Shown: one piece after another, positions 51,351-64,000 of the stretch | How the letters are laid out: every line of letters begins with the position of its first letter | Numbering within the stretch: the stretch's first letter is position 1 | Translations under genes and position numbers: made by a program | Assembly (NCBI GenBank): GCA_028534125.1 | Contig: CM052832.1 | Location: 24,306,001-24,370,000, forward strand | Direction: 5' to 3' | DNA: 64,000 nt | Source: Lama glama | Taxonomy: Eukaryota | The notes under the pieces: model-generated | Databases searched by the model: none | What the model was told of the DNA's origin: nothing | Seen by the model: the letters and a program-made list of their open reading frames with translations, nothing else

Positions 51351-52108
51351 TCGCTGTTTTTTTTTAAGTGGTTGTTGCTTTGGTTACTATTATTATTATA
51401 CATTCACAATGGCCAAAAATCATATTAAACGTTTTAAAAGAATAAGCTGTTTGTGTTTACTTCCCATTGTGTGTAGTGATGAGATCTAAATGTCTTTTTT
51501 GAGTCCTTAAAATCAGTAAATCTTGTAATGACTTTTTTTAATATTATTATACCTACCTGTAGTTAATTTAAAAGTTTAGTTTGTTAGAGAGCTTGCTGAG
51601 GACCTAAAGTAATTGTCCAAATTACTTGTCAGATAGTTTATTTGTGGCTGTAATACAGCTGCTCAAGTAGAGGTTTGAATTAAGAAGCACAGAGAGAAAT
51701 GTTGATTTCTGTGGTTGCAAACAGGTCAGTTATATAAACTACATAGAGCTCATTAGAAAATACACAATGATCACTTCTATTCTGTCTGAATACCCAGTGC
51801 CTAGGGGTTCCATTTATACTCTATTCCAACTACATTTGGTTTTTTAAAAACTTCTATTTGTTTAGGGTATCTTCCCAGTGGCTGTTTATTTACTGCCCTT
51901 TAATTAACATGTTTTCTTGACATTGTGCTTCAGGCTGTAAGCTCTGTATAACACAGGGACAATGTTGGCTCAGTTAATGCTACCTACTTAGACCATGAAA
52001 CTGATGGTAACTGCTCTGGTAGGTGGCTTTGCATTTTTGACTGATCTCATCTTTTTATTAAAAAAAAAAAACCTATCTTTTCACATTTGTTTACATTTCA
52101 AATAGGTA

Positions 52109-52652
52109 TTTATTTTTTGCATTTTATTTAGTTATTTCCTTGTTTATTCTTTTATTGAAGTGTAATTAGTTTATAGTGTTGTGTCAATTTCTGGTGTACA
52201 GCATAATGTTTCAATCATACATATACATACATATATTCCTTTTCATGTTCTTTTACATTATGGGTTACTGCAAAATAATTGAATATAGTTCCCTGAGCTA
52301 TACAGTAGAATCTTGTTGTGTATCTATTTTATATATAGTAGTTAATATCTGCAAACCTCAAACTCCCAATTTATTCCTCCACCCCTCTTTTTCTCCCCTG
52401 GTAACTAAGTTTGTTTTCTATGTCTGTGAGTCTGTTTCTGTCTTGTAAATAAGTTCATTTGTGCCATTTTTTTAGATTCCACATATAAGTGACATATAGT
52501 ATTTTTCTTTGTCTGACTTACTTCACTTAATATGATCATCTCTAGGTCCATCCATGTTGCTGCAAATGGCATTACTTCATTCTTTTTTATGGCTGAGTAG
52601 TATTCCATTGTATAAATATACCACAACTTCTTTAGTCATCTGTCAGTAGACA
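52109..52652 (-). mobile_element. 5'-truncated L1 with 11-bp TSD
   Basis: Minus ORF 52405-52626 reads MWYIYTMEYYSAIKKNEVMPFAATWMDLEMIILSEVSQ (L1 ORF2 C-terminus); tcaaataggta at 52098-52108 and 52653-52663. Confidence 0.96.
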
Positions 52653-53274
52653 TCAAATAGGTAATTTTTTCATTTTTCCTTACAGAAAATGATAATATTG
52701 CATATGCATTTCCAAACTATACATATTTCTTCTTCTTTCCTCATAGGAGTTGATAGTCATTCTTTCAGTAAATTTTAGAGTACTCGCATTGTGTGACGTA
52801 GTCCTCAGGTTCTGGGAAATGAATAGTGATCAAGACAGACTAGGTTCCTACCCTCGGGGAGCTTTGCCATGATACCTAATGATGACAGTGAGGAAGGGAG
52901 CAAGGAATGACTTGAGACCTGGTTCCAAAGGACTATTTCTGTGACACCTTCCGTGAGATTCCAGCCAGAAATCGTCCTCCTCACTACGGAATAGCGGAAG
53001 CTCGTATCATGTTATTTAATCTTGCACTTAAATGCAAGGAAAAGCACAAGTAGTGTTTGCAAGCACTAAAATGAGTGGTCTTTTGACTCTTTCTTTATTG
53101 TCTCTCTCCTTATCTCCCCTCTTTTCCTTTGTCCCATTCTTAGTCCCTGGTCATGATCTCCCAGTCCTTTCCTAAAATGTAATCCTGACCTGAGGGCAGG
53201 AAACACACCTGTCTGAAGGGCACCAGCGTGATTTATAAAGGGGACTGGATGGGACAGTCTTCCACGCTGTGTAG

Positions 53275-53437
53275 TCAGGTCTGGCTTTAGGCAGCGCTAA
53301 CCCGATGTGTGTCCAGTAGAATATGTCTGGGCAAGTCACTCTTCCTCTTTGTACCTCCATTTTCTTGTTTTAGTATGAGAAGTTGCAATAGAATGATTTT
53401 CTAAGGTCCCTGCCAATGCTGCAGTTTCTGTGATTCA
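53275..53437 (+). mobile_element. MIR/MIR3 fragment
   Basis: tgggcaagtcacttcctctttgtacctccattttctt...aatgattttctaaggtccctgccaa...ttctgtgattc. Confidence 0.75.
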
Positions 53438-55436
53438 TATATTCCTGAAAAGTTGAGTGTACTTTTTTTTTTCCAATAAGTGGAAATTTATTTTCCATTG
53501 AGCCTGGAAGTCTGTTTTGCAGTTATTCTCTCCCCTGGTTTATAACTTATCATCAGTGTGTTGTGGCTTCTGACATTGTGGCTGCTCTAAGCCCATCAAG
53601 AGGTTAATTACCTGTAAAGAGTGAGGAACTGCTGGAGACCTGTGAACTCTGGAGTTAATCTCTTCAGTAATGTGAATAAAGAAATGTCCCTCATGTATCT
53701 AGTTTCCAGGTGGAGGCGTAACAGTCCTGGGCTGCAGAGAGTGGGGAAAGTCAAGGTGCTGATGGTGCTGAGTACTGAGCATCATGGTCTAGCTCATCAG
53801 GATTGTCCTCTTTCTTCAAGAGGGTCTCCCATCAGAGCACAGATAATACTTAAAAAAACCCAACTTACTCCTCCATGCTTCTGATTGGTGCCATTTTTGG
53901 TTGTTTATTTCATCTCACTCTCCTAGGGGGGATTAAAAACTCCAAATGAGGAAACAAATGAGAATATTTGTCAAGAAAAAAATTTTAATGGCCAACACAA
54001 TTCACCTTCTTTCCTGTTCTTTTCGATCTGGGATGGAACAGCCCCAGGCCTTTCAACTTGCTTTCCTATGACTTAAGCAGACTCAAGCATTTTAGTCCCA
54101 GAACGCTGCCTGACTCACTGGCTCTGTCCTGAAGAGTATTGTCTTGATTTGCTCTAAAATATACCAGACAGGAAATTCCTGCTGCATATAGGAACAGTAG
54201 TGTGTTACACACACACACACCCCAGCATTTCCATCCTTCCTTTCGAAAAAGCACCTACAGAAAGGAAAGAGCTGTCTGACAGCTTTTGATGGTGGTCATT
54301 AGTGGGAATCTCAAGACAGTAAATTTAATTTTATGAAGTAGCTTATTGGTAGTTTTAGAATGGCACTGCTGTTCAGGTAACCATGTTTGTCATCACTCAG
54401 TCTGTTTTCCTCCTGCTCATCACCAAGAATATTCTGTAGAAAGTGGACACAGAAGAAATTCCTCTTTCCCCATTACTTTTATTTATTATATTTTTTGGTT
54501 TGGTGTATTATGTTGAGTCAGGCTGGCTCTATTCTATCCACAGCAGGTTACAACTTGTCAGAGGTTGTTCAGCCTTCAGTGTTAACCTGCTTCAGTGTTG
54601 AGCAGGTACTTACTTGACCATTTCTGAATTTCCCTGGTACTCTACGGAGAAGGCTGGAGGCAGGAGTTTTGTCTGTCACTGAGATAGAGCCCTCAACCAG
54701 GGAAGCCTTGAACCTGTGACTTAGGATTCTAGTCCCAGCTTGCCTCTGGAGTTAAGCTTAGGATCTTCTTTCTACTTATTCTTTCTGTCACTTAAGAGCT
54801 ATTTCAAGAATTACTTCTTTATTTACCAAGTGTATTTTCTCAAGTTATAGGGAGGGATGGACTCCCAGGAGATAAGAATTGCGTTAGTCCACTTTTCTTT
54901 TTTTTTTTAAATACGAAGTTTTTTAAAGTAAGGTTGCGAAATGATAATGTCTCATGTTCATGGAGATTCATCAAAATTGTTTTTGCCTTGTGTCTTCTAT
55001 CTGGCTACCTTTTACTTTAGGTAATCACTGTGATAACAGTGTACATAAATCCCTGGAGTTTGTATTAGTAAGTTCTTAACTCTCAGTGATTCAGAAACCC
55101 GGTGACATGTAATCCACAAGAGGTCCCTGGAGGAACAGGGTTTTCATGGGAATGTCACATACTTTCACTATTAGAAGCATGATGGGGTTAAAGGTATCCA
55201 TATGAGAGGACAGTTTCTTTATGCCTTATATTGTGTTTGGTGAGGATTTCTGGCAGAGAATCTTTTTTTTTAGCCTCCTGGTTGCTATGGCAATACTGAT
55301 TTTACAGAGCTTTGGTGACCTCTGCAATTACCAAATAAAGTTAGGTATGATGAAGGAAGCCATGTGTGTCCTAAATACAAATATATAGGTTGAATATGTG
55401 TGCATCTGTCTTCATTCTCTCTGATGCTTGTAATAC

Positions 55437-55481
55437 TGTGTGCGCTCGCGCGCGCGTGCACGTGCATGCGTGTGCGTGTGT
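55437..55481. repeat. Alternating purine-pyrimidine tract with (CG)5
   Basis: tgtgtgcgctcgcgcgcgcgtgcacgtgcatgcgtgtgcgtgtgt read directly. Confidence 0.95.
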
Positions 55482-56299
55482 TTCTTCTTTTATCCAAGCT
55501 GCTTAGGAAAGAAAAAAAAACAAAAACGCTGATTCATAGTATCATTGTCTTTTGTTTTCCCAGGGAAACTCTGGGTTTGTTTCTAAGTGCATTTTTTCTA
55601 CAACCCTGAGTTTAATCTCTCTAGATAAATCTTTTATTATTTTTCCTCTTACAGCTACAAGGTACTTTGCTTTGTTTATGTTAACAGATGTCAGGATCCT
55701 CTTAAAGAATGAGAAGAAATGCCGGTAATTTCATAGGGCTCTTGAGTATGATTTTCCCCTTGTTTCTTAACATATTGCACTTTGTGGAGTTTACCTTTTA
55801 GGTGTCTGAAGGTGAAATTAAAAGATTCTAAGATTTTACTGGTAATATCCACATAGTCTAGTCACCACCCATATATATTAAAACATCTATGAAGTAAACC
55901 CGTGTCGATATTTTCTTATCACAAAGGTACAAAGTTTAATTTTGGAGATGAAGAGGGTTTTCAGATATATTAAATAGATTTTGCTACAGTGAGGAGAGTG
56001 GTCCTTTCAATAGAACATTTCTCATGTACCAGCCAGTAGATGGCTTAGCTTCCTGGTTGTAATTACATGCCAAAGGCTTGGTGGTTATTATTTTAGAAGT
56101 TGAGTTCATCATGGATTCCCCAAGCATGTTGAGTAGCACACCCTGATTGTCCACATTAAGATTGTAATTCCATCCAAGGTTTATAGTGTCATCATAGAAA
56201 CTAGATGGAATTACAGCCCCAGGCACATTTTGGAAGACTGCATTATTTATTGAAATACATTATAAAGTTAAATAATTTTGTAAATATCCTGAAAGGTCA

Positions 56300-56375
56300 T
56301 GGGACTTAGAAACATAATCCTGGCCACATAGAAGGTTCTCAGTAAATATTTGTTGTTTATTTGATTGACTTCATT
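56300..56375 (+). mobile_element. L2/MIR 3' tail fragment
   Basis: cttagaaacataatcctggccacatagaaggttctcagtaaatatttgttg. Confidence 0.6.
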
Positions 56376-57040
56376 TACGTCTTTAAATAAACTGTATTTT
56401 TAAAAAAAGGTCTGAGGAGGTTGTACTGACGTATTTGTAGGGCTTAAAAAAATCTTGTTTTAAAATACTCTTAAGTTTTCCTGCTTATTATTGACAGGAA
56501 AATTGGCTCCCCATATGAATATATTATTTAATCTTTTTTTTTGTTTGTTTCTAGCCTAGAGTATAACAGTGAGTGGTTCTAGTGGCCAAGAGTCTTTATT
56601 TTGGGCAAGTCCATCTATCCTAAGTAATTCCTCTTCCGTAAACATCCCTTCCCAGCATAATCCTTATAAACCTGTGTGTCTCGTACCTTGAGGTGGACCC
56701 CCAGAGGTGAATAATTGCACAGGCGGAAACTTTCGCTGTCTGTTGGAATATTGGATGGAGGCCATTCTTACTGACCTTAATTAGGGCAAGAACTATGAAG
56801 GTGATTCACTAATTCGTGGTGTGTTAGCAGATTTGAAATGGCCTCTTGTTTTTCATGCCTCTAAACATACTACTTCAGAAGACTGTAAGGTTCAAGTTCA
56901 GAAGGAGACACGTAGGTTTCAGAATCTGATACGGTTTTTACATTTTAGACTCTGTGTTATTTGCTGTAGGATGATTATATGTAATCTGTGTAATGAGGTA
57001 TTGCTGGAGACATTGTTGCTGTGTCCTCATCCTCTGCAAG

Positions 57041-57153
57041 ACAGAGTATCAAGAAGCTAAAAGTCAATATGTTTGCAGTAATTCTTCTTAATTTGCTTTT
57101 TTGTGAATTTGCATGGCTATATGGAAGAGTCTTCCAAAATGCAGAGATTTCAG
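57041..57153 (+). other. Candidate unannotated exon; ATG at 57069 opens a hydrophobic, signal-peptide-like frame
   Basis: Strong donor CAG|GTAAGG after 57153; MFAVILLNLLFCEFAWLYGRVFQNAEIS then a phase-1 junction; the acceptor (57040 or 57044) is weak. No homology recognised. Confidence 0.2.
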
Positions 57154-58469
57154 GTAAGGAAATGAAGGATTACAATATTTTTAAATTATTTGAATATTTA
57201 AAACTTATATAAAATTCTATTAATCATCTGTTACTTAATTTTTTGTCCTTGGAAATAGTCCATTTTTGGACGTTTCTGTATAGAACAGAGATAGTAAATA
57301 AATGTACAGGTAGAGCTGAAATCAATGCTTTCTGCTCTCGAAAGGGTTTATAAGAAAAAAGAAATCTTACTCTGTGAAATTATATTTTTGTTTGAGGGTT
57401 TGATGACCCTTGGAGATTGTCTCAGCTTTGAACAGTTTAAAGACTGAGCAATGACTGGTTTCTGTTTCCTGATTTGTTTCGCTGTAGTAAATTCTCACTT
57501 CTTTTTCGATCACCTGTAAACATTCTATGTTAGCTTTGTAAATTAGACTCCGATTTCACCGTGTAGAACTCCTCCTTGATGCCTTTGCTATTAACAAAAA
57601 GCTCTATTCCTCTTCTTCAGCTTCTAACAGGGAGTACTGCTGGATTTTATGTAAGAAGTTGACTTTAGCAGTGGTGGTTTTTCGGCGTGTGCTGTGGGTG
57701 CAGCAGCCATGCCGTGCATGCCTTTCAAAATGTGCAAAGATGCGTCCGGGTCTGTGGGCGGGGGAACTACCTGTGAGCCCTCACTAGTTACTCATTCAGT
57801 TGTTCCTCGCCAGTAAAGGGGAAACCCAGTGCCTGGTACCCCACTCATTCTGAATAACGGGGGTGGGGGATGGTGGGCTGGAGATGCCACTGCCATTCGA
57901 CAGAAACCTTCATTTTAGAACAAGTCAGCAAAATGCTGTTTTATTATTTTGCTGTGAGTAGATATTACAAGCTAATGTGGAAGTAGCACCAGTGATCAAA
58001 ATGGAGTGCTGTCATGAACGAAATTGCCAGTGCACTTACACGTTCACCCGACAGAACAGTGAAAGCTTTGAATTTTTTTCCCACATAGTAAGTAATTCCT
58101 GGAGCCAGAAGCTGAAGAGGGTGTGCGTGTGTTGTTTGTAGAAGTTAACAAATATGTTAGCCCATTGACCGTTTCCTCGGTTTTCCAAAAGAAAATTTCA
58201 TTCGGTGTGCTTCTGATTTGTTTCCTTTGAAGTCTCTTTAGCATATGAAAGTGAATTAAGAATCCTTAATTATTTTAGGAAACACCCCTAACTGAAGAAA
58301 GGTGACACTCTAAAACTGTGTAGGTTATATAATAAATTCAAAGAAATTGAATTATATTTGCACAAAAAAGATGTTATCTGTATTGGCAGAAACTCAACGA
58401 TTAAGGTTTTATAGAACACTAAATACTTAGGAAGTACAGGAAAAGAATGTCATTGGTCTGGCCCACCAG

Positions 58470-58765
58470 GAACTATGTTGAAGTCTCAGGCCTGTCATTA
58501 ACCGTGTGTGGCCTTTGGCAAATAACCTGACTTCTCCGGGCCTTAGGAAAATGAGGAAGTTGGATTACATCAGTGGTTTTCGAATGTGGCTTCAGAAACC
58601 CCTGGAGAGTTCTAGGTCTCCCACCAGCCTCTTACTGAATGAGCCAAGGACTTGAACGGGGAAGGGGGGCAGATTGAGGCCCAGGGATCTCTGTATTATA
58701 ATAGCTGTAGCTTCAGTTCATGAAACCCCTGAATCAAATGATCTTTAAGACCACTTCCAGCTCTG
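58470..58765 (+). mobile_element. MIR/MIR3 split by a hAT-Charlie-type MITE at 58571-58731
   Basis: MIR ...aaaatgaggaagttggattacat, then cagtggttttcgaa...tgaaacccctg, then aatcaaatgatctttaagaccacttccagctct resumes the MIR. Confidence 0.7.
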
Positions 58766-61700
58766 TGTTTCAATCCCTATAAAAAGTAGCCCTTGGTCGT
58801 TTGAAAGCAATTCAGTAAGAAATCGAGCCTCTAATAATGGAGACTTGAAAATGGGAAGAGGAGGATGGATGTGATCATCTCCGAGGGCCGCTGCTTGCCC
58901 GCTGTCGGACGAGTCCAGGTTCTTCCCAAAGGAACAGAGATGATTGCTGAGAACACTGACTACTCTGCCTTCTTCCCAGGGAAGAGAAACCAGGAGATAA
59001 GAGAGAAATAAGTCCCTGGAGTTGAAGATAGTTCTAGATGCCTTCAGGCTGTCCACCATGAGCTCGATGTATCGGCCCTGTGGTCTGCATCTGAGTTAAC
59101 AGACAAATGATGAAAAAGTGGCCATTTTCGGCCACCATGCCAGACCGAGGAGGGGCTGGGAGAAGAGATGTGGTGTGGACCATGCTCCTGCCGGAGGCGC
59201 TGACAGTGCCTTGGCACCCAGCTGCACAACACCCCCCATCTCGGGGGGACGGGGACAGGGCGCAGGGACCTTGCAGGGTAATACCCAGAGTGGCGCAGAG
59301 CAGCTCGCCAAGAAGAAAACTCTGGCTCGAGGTGCCAAGCGTGTTTGTACTAGAATGGGGCTCAAAAATTCAAACAGAACACTGTCTGTTTTTGAGGACT
59401 CATGTGAAAGGTTGGTCTGTCCCGAGCTTAAATCCAGGAGTCTGTCTGTCATAAACGCCCGCAGGTCGTCCCCAGCCCCCTTGACTGTAATCTCCTAAAC
59501 TGGGGACACAGAGCACTCGGGTCTTCAGCTCTCTAACGAGGAGCGAGACATTTTTCTTCTGGACGTCTCTGCCTGTGAATGTTAAGGAGGGCTGTGTGTC
59601 AAAAGTTCCTGCGGGAGAGTTAACAGAGGTGGAAAGTTGAACTAACCTTAAAGGCACCGAAGCTGAGAAACTGCCTTCTTTATCCTCACAGCCGCAATTA
59701 GTTTTGGAAGGTTGTCCGTGGAGAGACTCAGGGCTGTGAATTTAGAAAGCAGCTGTGTTGGATGCCTCTGGTGTGTTGGCCCGTTGGGCACCATCGCTCT
59801 TCGCCTTGTGCTGGTCCACGGTGAAGAAAGCTGCATCTTGCTTTTGAAGCTAGACTGACACACGGACATCAAGACTTGCGCTCTGAACACACAAGGAAGT
59901 GGTTGGTGACATTACAAAAGAAGTCCTTTTTGGTAAATAATGCATTTTTTTTTTTTTTAAAAAGGCCAGATGGAAGAAAGCAAAGGATGCCTTTTCTTTT
60001 TTCTAGTGTTTTGGAAACCCGGATCTATTCAACTTTCTGGTTGCTTTCAGCTGTCAAGCCTCCTTTTGCCAGAGACACTGCAAACCAGGTTTCTGAGTTC
60101 CTCCTGACCCAGGTTGGCAATCTCTTAAAAATAACTGTCACTTCAAGTTCAGCAAAAATGTATAAATCAACAAATAAATACATGTAAAGTATACGGACAG
60201 AAATAGGAAAGTGGGGATTAACTGACCAAAAAGTGTCAGTCTTGCCATGAAAAATACTGTAAAACACTCTTAGGAAGGTTCTTGCTTGTTATGACTTGTC
60301 CAGCAAATGCAGAAGCGCTGACCCACTTCTCATGGTCCATCACTTCCCGTTTCCTTGCCGGGAGGTTGCGAATAGCCCATCCCTTGCAAATTTTCTTGAA
60401 AAAGACTGCACTCATGTTTGTCACTGGTTTATCCCAGGCAGTGTGTGTAGAAGAATTTCTTGCATTTTCCTGATGCAAGAAATTAAGTGCTGCTTTTCCA
60501 TGGTCCTTTCTCTTTCCTCTAGGAATGTTGTTTATTCCTTCTGATGAGAAAGCCTCGAATATACAATTATATAATTTTTGCTGATTTTGAAAAGGAAAAG
60601 TGAGAACCTGTAGCAGAAAGGAGAAGGGACATGCCTCCTGTGGGACCCGATGCTCACCACGTTGGGAGACAGATGAGGGCAGGTGCGGGGGGCGCTCTGA
60701 AAGGGGACTAGCTGCTCACCGGGACTGAGTTCCCAGGAGTTCTGTGCCTTCAACGGCTGCAGGACGTCGAGGCTGTGACGGACATTACCGGAAAGGGGGA
60801 CAGACGACTTGGAGCACTGTTTGCTGAGAGTTATTTGCTGTACAGGGAGCTCTCCTTTTCAGGTCTCGGCTGTGTTCGGAAGAGCAAACATCCATAGGTT
60901 CATCGTTCCTCTTGTTTTCTCCCAGCTTCTGCTATCTGCCACGCATCTGTTTCATTTGGCATGGAAGCGCGCGGCTCTGAAAATTGCTGACAAATAATCT
61001 CCATTTCACATTTTGCTGGCGCTGTGGTCTCACTGTAAATGCTCCAGGGATGTTCTTGGGAAGTTGCATAATTGCAGCTACTCCTAGTTTACTGTGCAGT
61101 ATGCTCGGTGACTAATGGCCTAATCAGGACCTGAAACATATATAAACAGTTCAACAGAAGCCATTGATTCACTGAGCTCTTTTCATCCAGACCAGGGTGA
61201 GCTAATGGGAGTTGAAAAGACGGAGGTGTGCAGCGGCGTCTTGGAGGTATTGAAGTCAGAGCATTCCTGCAAGTCCCGGGCAGCCCTGCTCATGCAGGGT
61301 GCATCCTCGGGCGTGTGCGCGAGCCTGCAGTGCCCCGGGGTCGTCCTGATCGGCTCTTACATGGTGGTGTTCCCTGAAGTGCACGACACATGGGTGACAA
61401 CTTTTTGCCTTTCCTCTAAATGCTACTGACTGTGGCAGCTCTGGACAGGCAGCCTGTCTCCCGTGTCCTCTGTGGCGTCACCCCAGCCCTTGTTTCTTAG
61501 AATAGAATTACGGTGGAGACCGTGCAAACAGGACTGCATGGCTTACCTCGGTGCATGGTTGATGGACACGCTCTGTCCTCCTTAGCGGTACCTTTCCTTC
61601 CAATACATCCAGTTGAGATGCGCAGAGGTAGAGACTCTCTACAGGGACTGAGCATCCCCAAAAGGACCCCAGGTGTCTGTTTGGAGCACAGAAAAGTCCA

Positions 61701-62835
61701 GGAGGGGTAATCATCGCTGTCATGTCCCCTTTCCTTCAGAATTTACCAAATAACCCCCTACCTACATTCTACACCTCTTCCTCTACCCAGCCTTTTCCCC
61801 ATACATTTTCTGTCTCTGAGCTCGACCACTAATTTAATTTTTTAGGTTTCTGATGACATGACGTCCCTCAGTCTCTGGAAGCTAGCCTCTCATTGATGTA
61901 ATAATTCAAACCATCCCTAAAGGAATGAATAATGATGGAATATTATGTTTTCTAAAATAATGGACTGTTATCTTAGGCTCATGCTGGTTCATTCATAAAG
62001 ATTAAAAAAAAAGAGTCCTTTCATGAATTCCATGTCTCACGTTCATGGTAATACTTGTTCTTCTTTCTGGCTTTCTTCTTAATTCTTAAGAATTAAATGG
62101 CCAACGGGCTTCTTGACGTGTAGTAGTGAATCACAGTCATCAATGTTACTGGTTTCACTTTAAGTTTTAAGCTGCTGGATCGCAGGACAGTCATCGGTTT
62201 TCCGTGTCTCCTAGGACCCTATTGCCTTTCACACTCTCTTGGGTGACACCCCACCCTTACCCTGGAATGCCCTGGGGCCCTCTTCCCTTGAGAGATCTGA
62301 TGAATGTTCTACACGTTGTGATATTTGTATCTTAATTTGTTAGTCCTCCCAGAAGAACAAAAAAGAAGCTGAAAAGTACAGTGGATGAGGATTTGGTGGA
62401 TTAGGGAATGACAAAAAAGAAAGAGGGGGTAGAATGAAGATTTCCGAGGGCCAAGGAGCCTTGCCCAAGGCTGCCTGCAGCTCTGCCCCTGCCCCTCCTT
62501 ACAGGCCAGTTTAGGGCTGCCCTCACCAGAAAGCTGGGGTACAGAGCCTGGAGGCAGGACAGCATCCCCTCCTTACTTACTTAAGTCCCACACATCCTGT
62601 TAGAGTTTTATGATCTCTACTGGATGTGGGAGACCAAAGGTAAAATACTCCAAAACATGGATTACCAAGGGGGGAAAAAAAGAGACATAAGGGGCTTTGG
62701 AAAGTGCTTGGCGCTTATTTGGTTCCATGTTTTAAGTTTTTCAAATAGCAACCAGATTAACTATTTTTTTAGACGAATGACTTTTAAAGTTAGTCTACAC
62801 GCCACTACATTCAGATCTCAAGATGGGAAGCCACA

Positions 62836-62866
<31 letters not shown>

Positions 62867-63247
62867 CAAAAGTAAATTGATGAATAGGCATTGAAGTTAA
62901 AGACGCTTACAGTTAGAACAGAATGAGGTAAAACCTGCTGGAAAGCACACTCTAGCATTCTTCATCTAATCTTTCCACTTCACTCTGGGGATGTAATACT
63001 TGCATGAAGGGAGGAACGGTTTGAATCGTTGAGACATTATTGTGTGACCCTCCAATGTGTTCTTCCCATGGTCTCAGTGGTTCCCAAGCTTCTGTGTACA
63101 TGAAAGTTGCTGTGAAGAGTTATATACACAAAATCGTGTTTGCAGTGTGTTCTGGGAAAGTTAAGAGATTTTCAAAGTGAGTTTGAATTATGTATGACCT
63201 TTGCTTAACGTTTGAACTTAACCTCCCACACAAAACCTGACTCTACT

Positions 63248-63327
63248 ATTTTTTTCCTCCCTCTCTTCTTTCCTACCCCCTTACCTTACTTTTTTCTTCC
63301 TTTCTTTTCTCTTTCCCCTCCCTTTTT
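63248..63327. repeat. C/T-rich low-complexity tract
   Basis: Read directly. Confidence 0.8.
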
Positions 63328-64000
63328 GGTGAATTAAATTCCACAGATTTTTGTGTGTGTGTGAAATGAAAATAGTGGTGTCTGTTTATATTCAAATCAG
63401 AAAATTACTGGCATACTGAATATTCAGATCTCTTAGAGAAAATAAATAATAAAAATATTCTGTTAAATTCTACCTGAATTCCCCACCCTGCATTCCTATT
63501 CAACTTTCTGTCTTCGGTTTCTCATTTTTAGCTGGAAAAGTGTACCAGCCAAAAGACAGCCAGGTTCTCCGTGCAGCAAAGCATATAAACCATCTGTAGA
63601 TTAAAAAAATAACATTTTGGCTTAAAAGCCACCGTCTGATATAAGACAGAGTGAAAATGGTAATGACTGACATAGTAGAGTAAATGGCATTGTTATTTGG
63701 AATTTGAAAATTAGATTTTCCTATAAATATCTCAAACCCTTCCATAGTTGGTTAAGACTTCTGTGATACAGACATGTGCATTTTCTCAAAAATCAAAAGA
63801 AATTTAACTAGTACCCAAGAAGTGGGATTAGGGAGTAAGAATATCCGTGAAAATCCTGAAAGTAATTTAAACATTGGCATTGCACATATTTCATTTTTAT
63901 CTCTTGTCATAGAAGAGTAACTTCAGCTGCATTTTTGCCATGTGACACCAACCCCGTAAAATTATTTCTATCATTTCTGACTGGGGGAATTAAAGTCATT

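Noticed and set aside
55655..55724. Tiny AG...GT-bounded segments as exons
   Set aside because: Donors (GTACTT, GTAATT) are weak and lengths of 7 and 37 nt are not frame-preserving; such matches are common in T-rich introns.
58745..60544. Endogenous viral element or processed pseudogene
   Set aside because: Manual translation showed no recognisable viral or cellular motifs, no poly(A) tail with TSD and no sustained frame.

Overview
This window is mammalian nuclear DNA, most likely camelid (alpaca, llama or camel): it carries three tRNA-derived SINEs with the Vic-1-type head and the AATAAACCTAATTACCCCC body, and I saw no Alu, B1, Bov-tA/BovB, PRE-1 or Can-SINE copies. No protein-coding exon or RNA gene could be confidently recognised. 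The only ORF translations I recognise are decayed LINE-1 ORF2 C-termini. The window is a mosaic of interspersed repeats (MIR, L2, L3/CR1, old and lineage-specific L1 3' ends, an MLT1 LTR, MER2, MER5A, MER58A and other hAT-Charlie MITEs), microsatellites and unique non-coding blocks. A T-rich + strand and mostly antisense L1 copies suggest the interior of a large intron of a gene transcribed on the + strand; I could not identify the host gene. I found no convincing novel biological system. The most worthwhile leads are modest: a possible unannotated signal-peptide-like exon near 57.1 kb, a possible highly decayed hAT transposase fossil at about 8.1-9.3 kb, a 48-bp triplication, a CpG-retaining palindrome, a Z-DNA-prone (CG)n tract, and several nested insertions with readable target-site duplications (TSDs). 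Repeat family names come from recalled consensus sequences and boundaries are approximate unless a TSD or terminal repeat is quoted.
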